Source of the DNA: Octopus sinensis
Taxonomy: Eukaryota
Length of the DNA stretch: 51,179 nucleotides
Assembly: GCF_006345805.1 (NCBI RefSeq)
Contig: NW_021834187.1
Coordinates: forward strand, 1 to 51,179
Reading direction: 5' to 3'
The first letter of the stretch is position 1. Every line of letters starts with the position of its first letter. Of this stretch, positions 1 to 11,603 are shown one piece after another. Under the pieces are notes generated by a model. It saw only the letters and a program-made list of their open reading frames with translations. It was not told where the DNA came from and searched no databases. Both the position numbers and the translations under genes were made by a program.

Positions 1-118
1 GTTTGGCAAAAGTGCCCGATAGAATAAGTACAAGGTTACAAAGAATAAGTCGTCGTGGGGTCGATTGCCCGACTAAAGGCGGTGCTCCAGCATGGCCGCA
101 GTCAAATGACTGAATTAA
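1..118 (+). mobile_element. 3' end of tRNA-derived SINE (family C), truncated by window edge
   Basis: GGCGGTGCTCCAGCATGGCCGCAGTCAAATGACTGAA matches the reverse complement of the 3' ends at 29200-29240 and 38390-38425. Confidence 0.85.
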
Positions 119-220
119 ATAAATGAATTAAATGCGTGTGTGTGTACGTGTGTGTGTATGTATGTGAATATATAAATACATACATACATACATACATTCA
201 TACATACATACATTACATAC

Positions 221-251
<31 letters not shown>

Positions 252-261
252 ATATATATAT

Positions 262-346
<85 letters not shown>

Positions 347-364
347 TGTGTGGTGTGTGTGTGG

Positions 365-575
365 GTGTGTGACCTCGTGTGTACGTTGGCAATTTTTTTT
401 TTTCCCAATATCTTCCCTTTCTGGATCTTTCCTTCTCATATGTTTCCGACGAGGAGCTCCGCTCGAAACGTCAAACCCTCCTCCTTTCCTTCTTTCCTGA
501 GCGTCCAATAATACTGTATTTGTGCCACGTCCTCGCGTTGTTGTGTTTTTTTTTGTGCTTTCTTGTTTGGATTAA
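365..575 (+). mobile_element. Short non-autonomous PLE-terminus-like element carrying a minimal hammerhead-like motif
   Basis: A near-identical copy lies on the opposite strand at ~11785-11975. It contains GTTT-CCGACGAG-GAGC-tcc-GCTC-GAAAC-GTC-AAAC at 442-476. Confidence 0.6.
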
Positions 576-690
576 CTATAATATATATATATATATATAA
601 TAATAAATATTAGGGAATAAATCCAAATTTACAGGGAAAAAATCAGATTTAGGAATAAATCCAATTTTATAGTAAAATATTATATAATAT

Positions 691-1008
691 TAATTCGAGA
701 CAAATCCACTATTTTGCAATCAAACAAGGAAAGACTTAATCAATAATTAAAAAATTTTAATATTAAGTAAATAAATCGCCACTACAATTGTTTGTTTCAA
801 ATGACATTCGTCAGGTGGATTTCCGATCTTCTATTCAGTTTTAATTTATGAATTAAAATGAATAGAAGATCGGAAATCCACCTGACGAATGTCATTTGAA
901 GACATGAAACAATTGTAGTGGCGATTTATTACTTAATATTAAAAATTTTTTATGTATTGATTAAGTCTTTCCTTGTTTGATTTGCAAAATAGTGGATTTG
1001 TCTCGAAT

Positions 1009-1010
<2 letters not shown>
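691..1010. mobile_element. Fold-back element with ~155-bp inverted arms, carrying a hammerhead; probable PLE inverted pseudo-LTR
   Basis: 691-846 is the near-perfect reverse complement of 851-1010. There is (TA)n directly downstream and ~90 bp upstream. Confidence 0.75.
878..921 (+). ncRNA. Type-I hammerhead ribozyme motif (canonical core)
   Basis: CCAC-CTGACGA-ATGTC(atttgaa)GACAT-GAAAC-aatt-GTA-GTGG. Stem I CCAC/GTGG, stem II 5 bp, palindromic stem III ACAATTGT, GUA cleavage triplet. Confidence 0.8.
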
Positions 1011-1060
<50 letters not shown>

Positions 1061-1087
1061 TATTAGTATATATATATATATATATAT

Positions 1088-1331
1088 TAGGACCGAGAGA
1101 TTCGTGTGTTGGTACCTATGAAAGTTGATAAGCGCCAATACACGAAAGTCTTGGACCTTGAGTCACTCTCTTACTTCTGCTAAATGTGAATGAAAATATT
1201 AATCAATCATACTTCGTGCTCTATTTTTCCTGTTTGCATCAACCATAGTGCTCCAGCATGACCACAACTGCATGGCTGAAGCGAATAAAAGAATAAAAGA
1301 ATAGCTATACACACACATACACACACACACG

Positions 1332-1362
<31 letters not shown>

Positions 1363-1601
1363 GCGCGCGCGCACACACACACACACATGAACACACACAC
1401 ATGAACACACACACACACATGAACACACACACACATGAACACCATGTTGATGCAAACTGGTATAATAGAACTCGAAATATGAGTAATGAATATTTTTAAT
1501 CACATTTAGCAGATGTAACAGTGACTCAAGGTGCAAGAGTTTCGTGCGTTGGCAGTTATCAAACTATCATACGTACCAACGCACGACTCTCTCGGAACCT
1601 A
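1088..1601. repeat. Diverged inverted repeat (~155-bp arms, ~200-bp spacer), MITE/fold-back-like
   Basis: 1088-1243 is the diverged reverse complement of 1446-1601 (for example CCTTGAGTCAC / GTGACTCAAGG and TTTGCATCAAC / GTTGATGCAAA). Confidence 0.7.
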
Positions 1602-1673
1602 TATGTATGTATGTATGTATGTATGGTATGTATGTATGTATGTATGTATGTTGTATGTATGTATGTATATATA

Positions 1674-1724
<51 letters not shown>

Positions 1725-2090
1725 TATATAACATGTATACATTGTGTGTATATATATAAGTATATATATCTATGTATTTATTTATACAAAATAAGAAAAT
1801 GGAGAAATACATCTAAATCAAATATCAATTACCAGATAATACCCAATCACATACTTTATTAAACCACCTCATAAGAAACTTTAAGGTCAAACATAATAAT
1901 ATAGAACAAAACAGTGTACGTAAAGGAGTGTACATAAAGGAGTAATGTGATACAATAAGTACAATATGTATAAGAGTATATAAATATATAAATATAAATA
2001 AATATAAATATAACTATATATACATACACACACACACATATATGTATATGCATACATATATATATATATACTTATATGCATATATATGTA

Positions 2091-2124
<34 letters not shown>

Positions 2125-2153
2125 CTTGTATATAAATATATATGGATATAAGC

Positions 2154-2188
<35 letters not shown>

Positions 2189-2317
2189 CATATAACTTTG
2201 ATAACTTTGATAAGTTTCGGCCAGTATAAACCCAGGCCATGTCTAACTCAATCGCACCACCTAGTGAAGTCTTTTAGTCATATATGGGGCACATAGCTCA
2301 CTCTAGCTAATACTATA

Positions 2318-2391
<74 letters not shown>

Positions 2392-2521
2392 ATATATACT
2401 ATACACATACATACATATATACATATGTATATACATATATACATATATATATGTATATATATTATATATAATATATATAAGATATTATTATTTATATATA
2501 AATATATATATATATATACAG

Positions 2522-2553
<32 letters not shown>

Positions 2554-3392
2554 TATACGGGTATGTGTCCTACCCGTATTTGGGAGAGAAAGAGGGCCAC
2601 AGGTAAGCAATGTTTCGAAGAGGATGCGATGGTGCGGTGGACGGTTGTGTTGAGATATTTCAACAGCACACTGCTCACCTGTAGTTCTAGAATGCAGTGA
2701 CGTCAATAGATCGTTTGGATGACGTCATAAGAGCTTGTTGTTTGACAGCTTGTAAATGTGTGTATCTATGTGTGAATGTGAATATGTGTTTCTGTGAGAG
2801 AGCATAGATTTCTGTGTATGTGTCTGTGTTATATGCGTGTGTATGTGGGTTTATGGGTTAGTCTTAGTATGCTTATACCAGTGTAAGTGAGTGCGTGCGT
2901 TCTGAATATTTGTTTGTATGGAATAGTTTTCTGTGCATTTTTGGCAGTTGTGTATGTGTGTGTGTGCATACGTGTGCATGTGCCTCTGTGCGTGTGTGTG
3001 TGTGTGTGTGTGTGTATGTAACGGCATTCGTGTATGTATATATGTGTGTGAGATATGTCCATGTGTGTATGTCTATATGGAAATATATATACGTAAATGA
3101 ACGCATAGGACGAAGTAATTCTTATGCGAATCACTGTTACTAGTTCTACTGACGACGCAAGGGCGATACCCAGAGCCTTTTAAGGCCTTTCTCGAAGTAA
3201 GGGCGCTGCCCATAGCCTATTAAGGCCATCGATGACTGGCTGCTTTGAACGTGAGATAAAATAATCAGGCGGGGGTCAGTCAGGTCAATTGTTTATGCTA
3301 AACCGATGATGTACCGTTGACGGTTTCCATAGAAACATGAGTGTATAGTGTCTTAAACTGCTGTCGGTGATGTTGTAGTTGTTATTGGTGTT

Positions 3393-3786
3393 CAACCCAG
3401 AGTCAACCCTAGAGTCAACCCTAGAATCAGCCCAGAGTTAGCCCAGAGTCAGCCCAGAGTCAGCCCAGAGTGAACCTCAAAGTCAGCCCAGAGTCAGCCA
3501 GAGTCACGAGTGAACTTAAAGTCAGCCCAGAGTCAGCCCAGAGTCAGCCTAGAGTCAACCCAGAGTGAACCTTAAAGTCAGCCAGAGTCAGCCCAGAGTC
3601 AACCCAAGAGTGAACCAGTAAGCTAGAGTCAAGCCCGAGTCAGCCCAGAGTCAGCCCGGAGTCAACCAGAGTGAACCTCAAAGTCAGCCCAGAGAGTCAG
3701 AGTCCCAGAGTCAACCCAGAGTCAATCCTTAAAGTCAGCCTAGAGTCAGCCCAGAGTCAGCCCAGAGTCAGCCCGGAGTCAACCCT
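3393..3786 (+). repeat. Minisatellite of 11-bp subunits (CCCAGAGTCAG) with ~45-bp higher-order unit
   Basis: Directly visible tandem repeat, and the reverse complement of the array at 4340-4992. Confidence 0.95.
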
Positions 3787-4095
3787 AAAGGCCTATGAGT
3801 AATCGAGTCTCACCAGTGATCATCCCGTCATTCTGAAGACTGTGTTTTTTTGTGAGAGATTAGGTTGCTATTTCTGGCAAATCAAGTAACCATATGAAAA
3901 CAAAAAAAAAAAAAACAACAAAAATAAAACGAAACCAAACAAATAAAGTAAGGGAAAATACTCGAAGTGACCAGTGGCACGTGTTTGAACAACAGAAAAA
4001 TACAGGTTTATCAGCAAATACTTGATTCATTGACAGTCATTCTTCTTCTAAAGGATGCGTCATCATTACACAATGGCAATTAAGACTTGGTCCAA

Positions 4096-5120
4096 GGCGC
4101 TTGGCTCAGTGAGTGGGTGGGGCGTCGGGATCGCAATCATGAGATAGTGAGTTCGATTCCCGGCCCCGGGGCTGCTGTGTGTTGTGTTCTTGAGCAAGAC
4201 ACCTTATTTCACGTTGCTCCAGTTCCACTCAGTTATCAAAATGAGTTGTGACGTCACTGGTGCCAAGATGTATCGGCCCCTTTGCCTTCCCTTTTGGATA
4301 ACATTGGTGGCGTAAAGAAGAAGGGAAGCTGGTATGCATTCTGGGTTGACTCTGGGCTGACTCTGGGCTGACTTTGAGGTTCACTCTGGGTTGACTCTGG
4401 GCTGACTCTGGGCTGACTTTGAGGTTCACTCTGGGTTGACTCTGGGCTGACTCTGGGCTGACTTTGAGGTTCACTCTGGGCTGAATCGGCTGACTCTGGG
4501 CTGACTTTGAGGTTCACTCTGGGTTGACTCTAGGCTGACTCTGGCTGACATGGGCTGACTTTAAGTTCACTCTGGGTTGACTCTGGGCTGACTCTAGGCT
4601 GACTTTGAGGTTCACTCTGGGTTGACTCTGGGCTGACTCTGGGCTGACTTTGAGGTTCACTCTGGGCTGACTCTGGGCTGACTCTGGGCTGACTTTGAGG
4701 TTCACTCTGGGTTGACTCTAGGCTGACTCTGGGCTGACTCTGGGCTGACTTTAAGGTTCACTCTGGGTTGACTCTGGGCTGACTCTGGGCTGACTTTGAG
4801 GTTCACTCTGGGTTGACTCTGGGCTGACTCTGGGCTGACTTTGAGGTTCACTCTGGGCTGACTCTGGGCTGACTCTGGGCTGACTTTGAGGTTCACTCTG
4901 GGTTGACTCTAGGCTGACTCTGGGCTGACTCTGGGCTGACTTTAAGGTTCACTCTGGGTTGACTCTGGGCTGACTCTGGGCTGACTTTGAGGTAAGACTG
5001 TTGGTCTTCCATAAAACAACCTCGTCCGGACTTGTGCCCCGGAGGGGAACTTTCTAGGTGCAATCCCGTGGTCATTCATGACCGGAGGTGGTGCCGGGGA
5101 GCATTACCCTTATCCTTTAC
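4096..5120 (+). mobile_element. tRNA-derived SINE (head B) apparently interrupted by the minisatellite at 4340-4992
   Basis: A-box-like TGGCTCAGTGAG and B-box GAGTTCGATTCCC, followed by CTTGAGCAAGACAC shared with the SINE at 30137. That the body resumes at 4993 rests on my recollection of the family consensus. Confidence 0.6.
4340..4992 (-). repeat. Minisatellite with 11-bp, 45-bp and ~191-bp hierarchical periodicity
   Basis: The variant CTCTAGGCT recurs at ~4717 and ~4908, and TTTAAGG at ~4750 and ~4941 (191 bp apart). Confidence 0.95.
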
Positions 5121-5604
5121 CCGATAAGGGGAGATAATTTCAAGGTTCAAGCATTATCCAATGCTGACATGCCGTTAAGGAAATGGAGAACCTTATGGTT
5201 TGGAGAGTTGGGGCAGCTGATGTAATTGGGGATGGGTGTTTAGAACGCTTAGTGGCAATTGTTGTGGGGATATCAGAAGGTGACTGAATAAAAATGGTTA
5301 AGGATTCTCAGCAAGCTGGGTCAGCAATGAAAGTTTGTTCTTGTTGTTTAACCCTAGGTCAACCCTGACCGAGCTGACTGGTCAACGAAAGTACTCCGGT
5401 CGTGACCTCAAGTCTGACAATTTTATCCAGAACTACATTGTACAATATTTTAATGCATCCTTGCTTTTTTTTTTCCTTTCATATATTTTATGATTTTGAA
5501 GATGTTTGAATATGATTTGAAGCACTCTTGGCTGTTATTTCTAGAAGGTCAAATGACCTCATAAACACTCATGTCATATAGTGTTGTTTCTCGGTGAAAT
5601 AATT

Positions 5605-5900
5605 TACTGCAACCCATTTCACTCCACTCCAGTTTACTTTACTCAACTCTACACGTTCTAATTTACAAAGCTTCACTCGACGCTGCTGCACTCTACGTAG
5701 CTGACCTCCACTTACATTCACTCGACCCACTTCTCTCTGTCCTTCTTTACTGCACTCACAACTTAACTCCAGTGAACTCAGTACCTCTTTACTTTACTCT
5801 CTTCAACTGTATTCATTCATCTCCACTTCATTGAGTTCCTCTTTACGTCACTCAACTTCAGCTCACCTAATTCAGCTCCACTCATCGCCAATCCATTTCA
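5605..5900. repeat. Degenerate pentanucleotide-like low-complexity tract (CACTC/ACTTC-rich)
   Basis: Recurrent CACTC, ACTTT and ACTCA motifs. Confidence 0.6.
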
Positions 5901-6162
5901 TTCAAAGCTTGATTCTCCTCAGAACTTCAATATTCTTCTCCTTCACACCTGAGATTTATGACTGAAGGCAGCCGTCTGGAGAGGAGGGGGTTCTGTATGG
6001 GGAGAGAAAGAGAGAGAGAGAGGAAGAGGGACAGGGAGAGTGTGTATGTTTGTTAGAATCTGTGTGTGTGTGTGTGTGAGTGTGTGAGTTTGTGTGTGTG
6101 TGTGAGTGTGTGAGTGTGTGTGAGTGTGTGTGTGTGTGTTGTGTGTGTGTGTGAGTGTGTGT

Positions 6163-6214
<52 letters not shown>

Positions 6215-6610
6215 AGAAGAGAGAGATAGGAAGAGAACAAGAAAGAGAGAGACTGAAGGCAATCGTCTGGATAGGAGAGGGTTCTGTAAGGGGAGAGAGA
6301 ATGAGAGAAAAAGAGAGAGACAGAGAGATAGGAAGAGAGAAAGTAAGAGAGAGAGGAAGAGGGACAGGGAGAGCGTGAATGTTTGTGAGAGAGAGAGTGT
6401 GTGTGTGTGTGAGTGAAGATAGATAGGAAAAGAGCAAGAAAGAGTGAGAGGAAGAGAGACAAGGAGAGTGTGCGTGACAAAAAGAGAGACGGGAGGAGAG
6501 AAAGAAAGAGTGAGAGAGGAAGGAGAAGAAGTGTATGTGTGTGTGTGTGGGTGAGAGAGAGAGAGAGAGATAGGAAGAAAGAAAGAGAGAGCGGAAGAGG
6601 GAGTGCACAA

Positions 6611-8269
6611 AGGAAATGGTTCTAGTGAGTGAAGAGAGATACATTAGGAGGACTGGCTCTTGGGATTCGTCAGCTGAGATATATTTCAAGAGTGTAGGTT
6701 GGTCTGTAAGGGCAAACGGTTCTGATGCGAGAAGGCTGTTCTGTCAAAGAAAATGGTTCTGGTGAGTGAAGAGAGATCCGTCAAGAGGACTGGCTCTTGT
6801 GATATGTCAGCTGAGATATATTTCAAGAGTGTAGGTTGGTCTGTAAGGGCAAACGGTTCTGATACGAGAAGGCTGTTCTGTCAAAAGAAATGGTTCTGGT
6901 GAGTGAAGAGAGATCTGTCAGGTGGACTGGCTCTTGGGATATGTCAGCTGAGATATATTTCAAGAGTGTAGGTTGGTCTGTAAGGGCAAACGGTTCTGAT
7001 GCGAGAAGGCTGTTCTGTCAAAAGAAATGGTTCTGGTGAGTGAAGAGAGATCTGTCAGGTGGACTGGCTCTTGGGATATGTCAGCTGAGATATATTTCAA
7101 GAGTGTAGGTTGGTCTGTAAGGGCAAACGGTTCTGATGCGAGAAGGCTGTTTTGTCAAAAGAAATGGTTCTGGTGAGTGAAGAGAGATCCGTCAAGAGGA
7201 CTGGCTCTTGGGATACGTCAGCTGAGATATATTTCAAGAGTGTAGGTTGGTCTGTAAGGGCAAACGGTTCTGATGCGAGAAGGCTGTTCTGTCAAAGAAA
7301 ATGGTTCTGGTGAGTGAAGAGAGATCCGTTAGGAGGACTGGCTCTTGTAATATGTCAGCTGAGATATATTTCAAGAGTGTAGGTGGTCTGGTGGTAAGGG
7401 CAAACGGTTCTGATGCGAGAGAAGGCTGTTCTGTCAAAGAAAAGGTTCTGGTGAGTGTGAAGAGAGATCCGTTAGAGGACTGGCTCTTGTAATATGTCAG
7501 CTGAGATATATTTCAAGAGTGTAGGTTGGTCTGTAAGGGCAAACGGTTCTGATGCGAGAAGGCTGTTCTGTCAAAGAAAATGGTTCTGGTGAGTGAAGAG
7601 AGATCCGTTAGGAGGACTGGCTCTTGTAATATGTCAGCTGAGATATATTTCAAGAGTGTAGGTTGGTCTGTAAGGGCAAATGGTTCTGATGCGAGAAGGC
7701 TGTTCTGTCAAAGAAAATGGTTCTGGTGAGTGAAGAGAGATCCGTTAGGAGGACTGGCTCTTGTAATATGTCAGGTGAGATATATTTCAAGAGTGTAGGT
7801 TGGTCTGTAAGGGCAAACGGTTCTGATACGAGAAAGCTGTTCTGTCAAAGGAAATGGTTCTGGTGAGTGAAGAGAGATCCGTCAAGAGGACTGGCTCTTG
7901 TGATATGTCAGCTGAGATATATTTCAAGAGTGTAGGTTGGTCTGTAAGGGCAAACGGTTCTGATGCGAGAAAGCTGTTCTGTCAAAGGAAATGGTTCTGG
8001 TGAGTGAAGAGAGATCCGTTAGGAGGACTGGCTCTTGGGATATGTCAGCTGAGATATATTTCAAGAGTGTAGGTTGGTCTGTAAGGGCAAACGGTTCTGA
8101 TGCGAGAAAGCTGTTCTGTCAAAGGAAATGGTTCTGGTGAGTGAAGAGAGATCCGTTAGGAGGACTGGCTCTTGGGATATGTCAGCTGAGATATATTTCA
8201 AGAGTGTAGGTTGGTCTGTAAGGGCAAACGGTTCTGATGCGAGAAAGCTGTTATGTCAAAGGAAATGGT
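6611..8269. repeat. Tandem repeat, 137-bp unit, ~12 copies, non-coding
   Basis: GCTGAGATAT recurs at 6673, 6810, 6947, 7084, 7221, 7358, 7500, 7637, 7774 (GGTGAG variant), 7911, 8048 and 8185. The unit is not a multiple of 3 and has stops in every frame. Confidence 0.95.
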
Positions 8270-8464
8270 CCTGCTGAGCAAAGGTGCTGGTCTACTGACG
8301 GGTGAGCTGGTCTTGGTGAGTGAAAGTTAATTCGTTAGCTGAGGAGGCACTTCAAGTGAAGCAGTCACAAAAACGTACTTGAGTGAGATGGCCTGCCTGA
8401 GTTTCTTATAACGGTTGAGGATGGAATGGGGGGTGGGGAGGAGATGTGCCATTGTAAATAACAT

Positions 8465-8840
8465 GTTGCTGTCGTTGTCATCGTCGTAGTTGTTGATTTC
8501 GTTGTAGTATTAGTAGTAGTAGATGTTGCTGTTGGCGTTGCTGTTGTTGTTGGCGTTGGTGTTGTTGTTGGCGTTGCTGTTGTTGTTGTTGTTGCTGCTG
8601 TTGTTGTTGTCCTCCTCCTCCTCTTCCTTCTTCATCTTCTCCCCTCCTCCTCCCCTCCGCCTCCTCCTGCTTCTTTTCCTTCTTCTTCTTCTTCTCTTCT
8701 TCTTCTTCTCCTTCTTCATCTTCCCCCTCCCCTTCTTTTTCTTCTTCTTCTCCCTCCCCCCTCCATTCTTCTTCTTCTCCTTCTCCTTCTTCTTCTTCTT
8801 CTTCTTCTTCTTCTTCTTCTTCTTCTCCTTCTTCTTCTCT
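8465..8840. repeat. Compound trinucleotide microsatellite (GTT/GCT/CCT/CTT)n
   Basis: Directly visible. It explains the poly-E/Q/K/L ORFs. Confidence 0.9.
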
Positions 8841-9471
8841 ATATCTGATGTTGGCACAAAGCGGAACATGTATAGAAAATGTTGGCACTGTCTATTTGAG
8901 TCAAAGCTTCCGCCCTCACCTCAGTAAATTACTGCTACTGACTTTGACAATCCAGTAAGAATAGACGAAACCAAACATCGGCGGCGCTGAAATGTCTAAC
9001 CCATTTTCCGGAAATGTGTAAGGCTTTTAAAAGCTGGAACTTATTCAAGGGAAATAACTCTTGGACTTTTATTTACATTGGAAAGCTCTACATTTCTGAC
9101 TAAAGAGCGAAGTCAGAAATTTGCAGTGAACGGCGCAAATGCACCGTCACCACCACCATATATATATAATTGTAGCCGATACAATTATATACCTCCAAAT
9201 ATGTATTTTAGCTAAAAGGGTTTTTGATATTTGCTGGCCACTGATAAAATTCATTAATTTTAATGATTTTTATCCTTCAATTGTTTAAACATGTATGTAT
9301 GTATGTATGAATATGTATGTATGTATGTATGAATATATATATATATATATATATATATACTAAGTAATTAAGGGTTTAGCAACGATTTGCCTCACCACAC
9401 ACCGAATTTAGAAATAGCAGTCAAAGAGTTATAGCTATTCTTTCTACTAAAAGGGAGATATCAGTAAAACC

Positions 9472-9836
9472 ACATGCATATATAAATATATATACGTGTG
9501 TACAGGACACCACAAATAGACGTAGAACTCAACGAGAAACGAAAACGTAAAAACAGCATGGAACGGACCATTTTTTTAACATAAAAAAAACAGAGTACAA
9601 GACAACTACACAAGGAAAAATCCCCTTCATCAGCTGTCCCTAGTTCAACTCCAGCGTGTTTCGAAGGTGAGGACAGCTGATGAAGGGGATTTTCCTTGTG
9701 TAGTTGTCTTGTACTCTGTTTTTTCGTTGTTAAAAAAATGGTCCGTTCCATGCTGTTTTACGTTTTCGTTTCTCGTTGAGTTCTACGTCTATTTGTGGTG
9801 TCCTGTACACACGTATATATATTTATATATGCATGT
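9472..9836. mobile_element. Fold-back element with ~167-bp near-perfect inverted arms and a 31-bp spacer, PLE-terminus-like
   Basis: 9472-9639 is the reverse complement of 9671-9836, with CTGATGAAGGGG near the centre. A single-arm relative lies at ~21035-21150. Confidence 0.75.
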
Positions 9837-10009
9837 ATATATACATGTAGATGTAGGTACGTACATATATGTTTGTATGTATGCATATATTTTATTTATT
9901 ACACTATTGTATGACTGAGCGCCCTCGCGTCGATTCGATTCGATTCGTTTGGTTTCGTTTGGTTTCTTCTTCTTCTCTAAGATGGTTTATATATATATAT
10001 ATATATATA

Positions 10010-10045
<36 letters not shown>

Positions 10046-10359
10046 TTTCTTAATACCAAGAAGGAAGTCATACAAATAAATAACCATAAAACTCTTCATA
10101 TATGTATGTACTTGTGTGTATATGTACGTGTACGTATGCACGTATGTGTGCACATATGCATATATATATATATATATTATATATATATATCACACGTCAA
10201 AGTCACCACCTCCTATCCACACTCATACACTTACACACTCTTACATTCACACACGCATGCGCACCTGCGTTTTAGGATCTCCAGTACTTTATTACCTCTC
10301 CTTCTTCCTAGTGTTCCTGTCCAACCAGTTGCCATGATTGACCGTTAAATCCACTAGTT

Positions 10360-10480
10360 TTTTTTCTTCTCTCTCTGTTTATTTCCTTGTGCTCCTTTCT
10401 GTTGAAGAGCGTAGGCTCGAAGCGTAAAAGACTTTCTCACCTTCCCTAGCGTCAGTCTAATACACCTGTGTGTCTGTATA
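10360..10480 (+). mobile_element. PLE-terminus-like element with degenerate minimal hammerhead-like motif
   Basis: CTTT-CTGTTGAA-GAGC-gtag-GCTC-GAAGC-GTA-AAAG at 10395-10430, same family as 28747-28782 (-). Confidence 0.5.
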
Positions 10481-10559
10481 ATTATATATATCTTTGATAG
10501 TGCAATTATGCTGTGAACTGCATACATCTTTCTAAACTACCATACATATACACACACAA

Positions 10560-10597
<38 letters not shown>

Positions 10598-10603
10598 ATA
10601 TAT

Positions 10604-10641
<38 letters not shown>

Positions 10642-11443
10642 GCGTGTAGTGTTGCATAAATAGATACAATTGTCATTGTCGCTAAGTCCCAGTAGGGCTC
10701 TGATCAAAGGGTCTCCTACCGTGACAACCCCGTCTTTTTAGGGAAACTCAAGGACTACATAAACCAACATATTATTACGATCTTTAAGTAACGTTTTAGT
10801 CCAGGACGTATGTATCGTGTTCTCTGCATACAACACCGCTGTTTACGTTTGTTTTCCTCTTAAAAAGCCAGTAAATATTTTATTGTCAGAAATATTTCTG
10901 AAGTGACATTTGTTTCTTAATACCAACAAGGAAGTCACAGCTAATAAATAACCATTAAACTCATCGTGTTTGTATGTGCTTGTGTGCATGTGTACGTATG
11001 CATGTTTGTGTGTGTGTGTGCGCACATGCATACACACACATATATAAATATATATATATAATATATATATACACACACATGCAAATACGTACACATGCGC
11101 ATACATACACATATATGCACACACGTACACACAAACACACACATATATATGTATATGTATAATGTTTTTATTTAAAAAAAACTTAGGTGGAAAAAAAAAT
11201 TCGTGTTTTAAATGTGAATGCGTATATGTAATTGTGTGTGTGAATGAGACCGCGCGCGCACGTGTGTGTGGGGGTTTGTGTGTGAGAGTAGAAGCCAGTC
11301 TGTAATACAGCTGTGTGTATATATATGCGTGTGTATATATATGTGTGTGTATATGCTTCTCGGATGAAAGGACTACTATAAGAATCTATCTATCTATCTA
11401 TGTATCTATGTATTCTATCTATCTGTCTATCTATCTATCTATG

Positions 11444-11475
<32 letters not shown>

Positions 11476-11572
11476 CTATATATATATCTATATATTATAT
11501 ATATATATATCTATATAATATATATATATATATCTATATCAATTATATATATATATATATATCTATATCAAT

Positions 11573-11603
<31 letters not shown>

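Noticed and set aside
115-3143. Many ORFs rich in YI/HT/CV repeats, here and throughout the window
   Set aside because: They are translations of (TA)n, (CA)n and (TACA)n microsatellites, with no coding signal.
4229-5075. Repetitive VNLKVSPESAQSQPR protein
   Set aside because: The frame shifts regularly every ~191 bp, the array sits in a SINE context, and an inverted second copy exists.
5943-8269. Mucin-like protein or tandem exon cassette from the 137-bp repeat (each unit has CTG|GTGAGT)
   Set aside because: The unit is not a multiple of 3 and has stops in all frames. The implied intron would be ~49 nt with no polypyrimidine tract.
6611-8269. CRISPR-like array
   Set aside because: Units repeat in full with no unique spacers, the context is eukaryotic, and there are no cas genes.
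8478-8927. Poly-E/poly-Q protein
   Set aside because: It is a compound trinucleotide microsatellite with no flanking domain or splice support.
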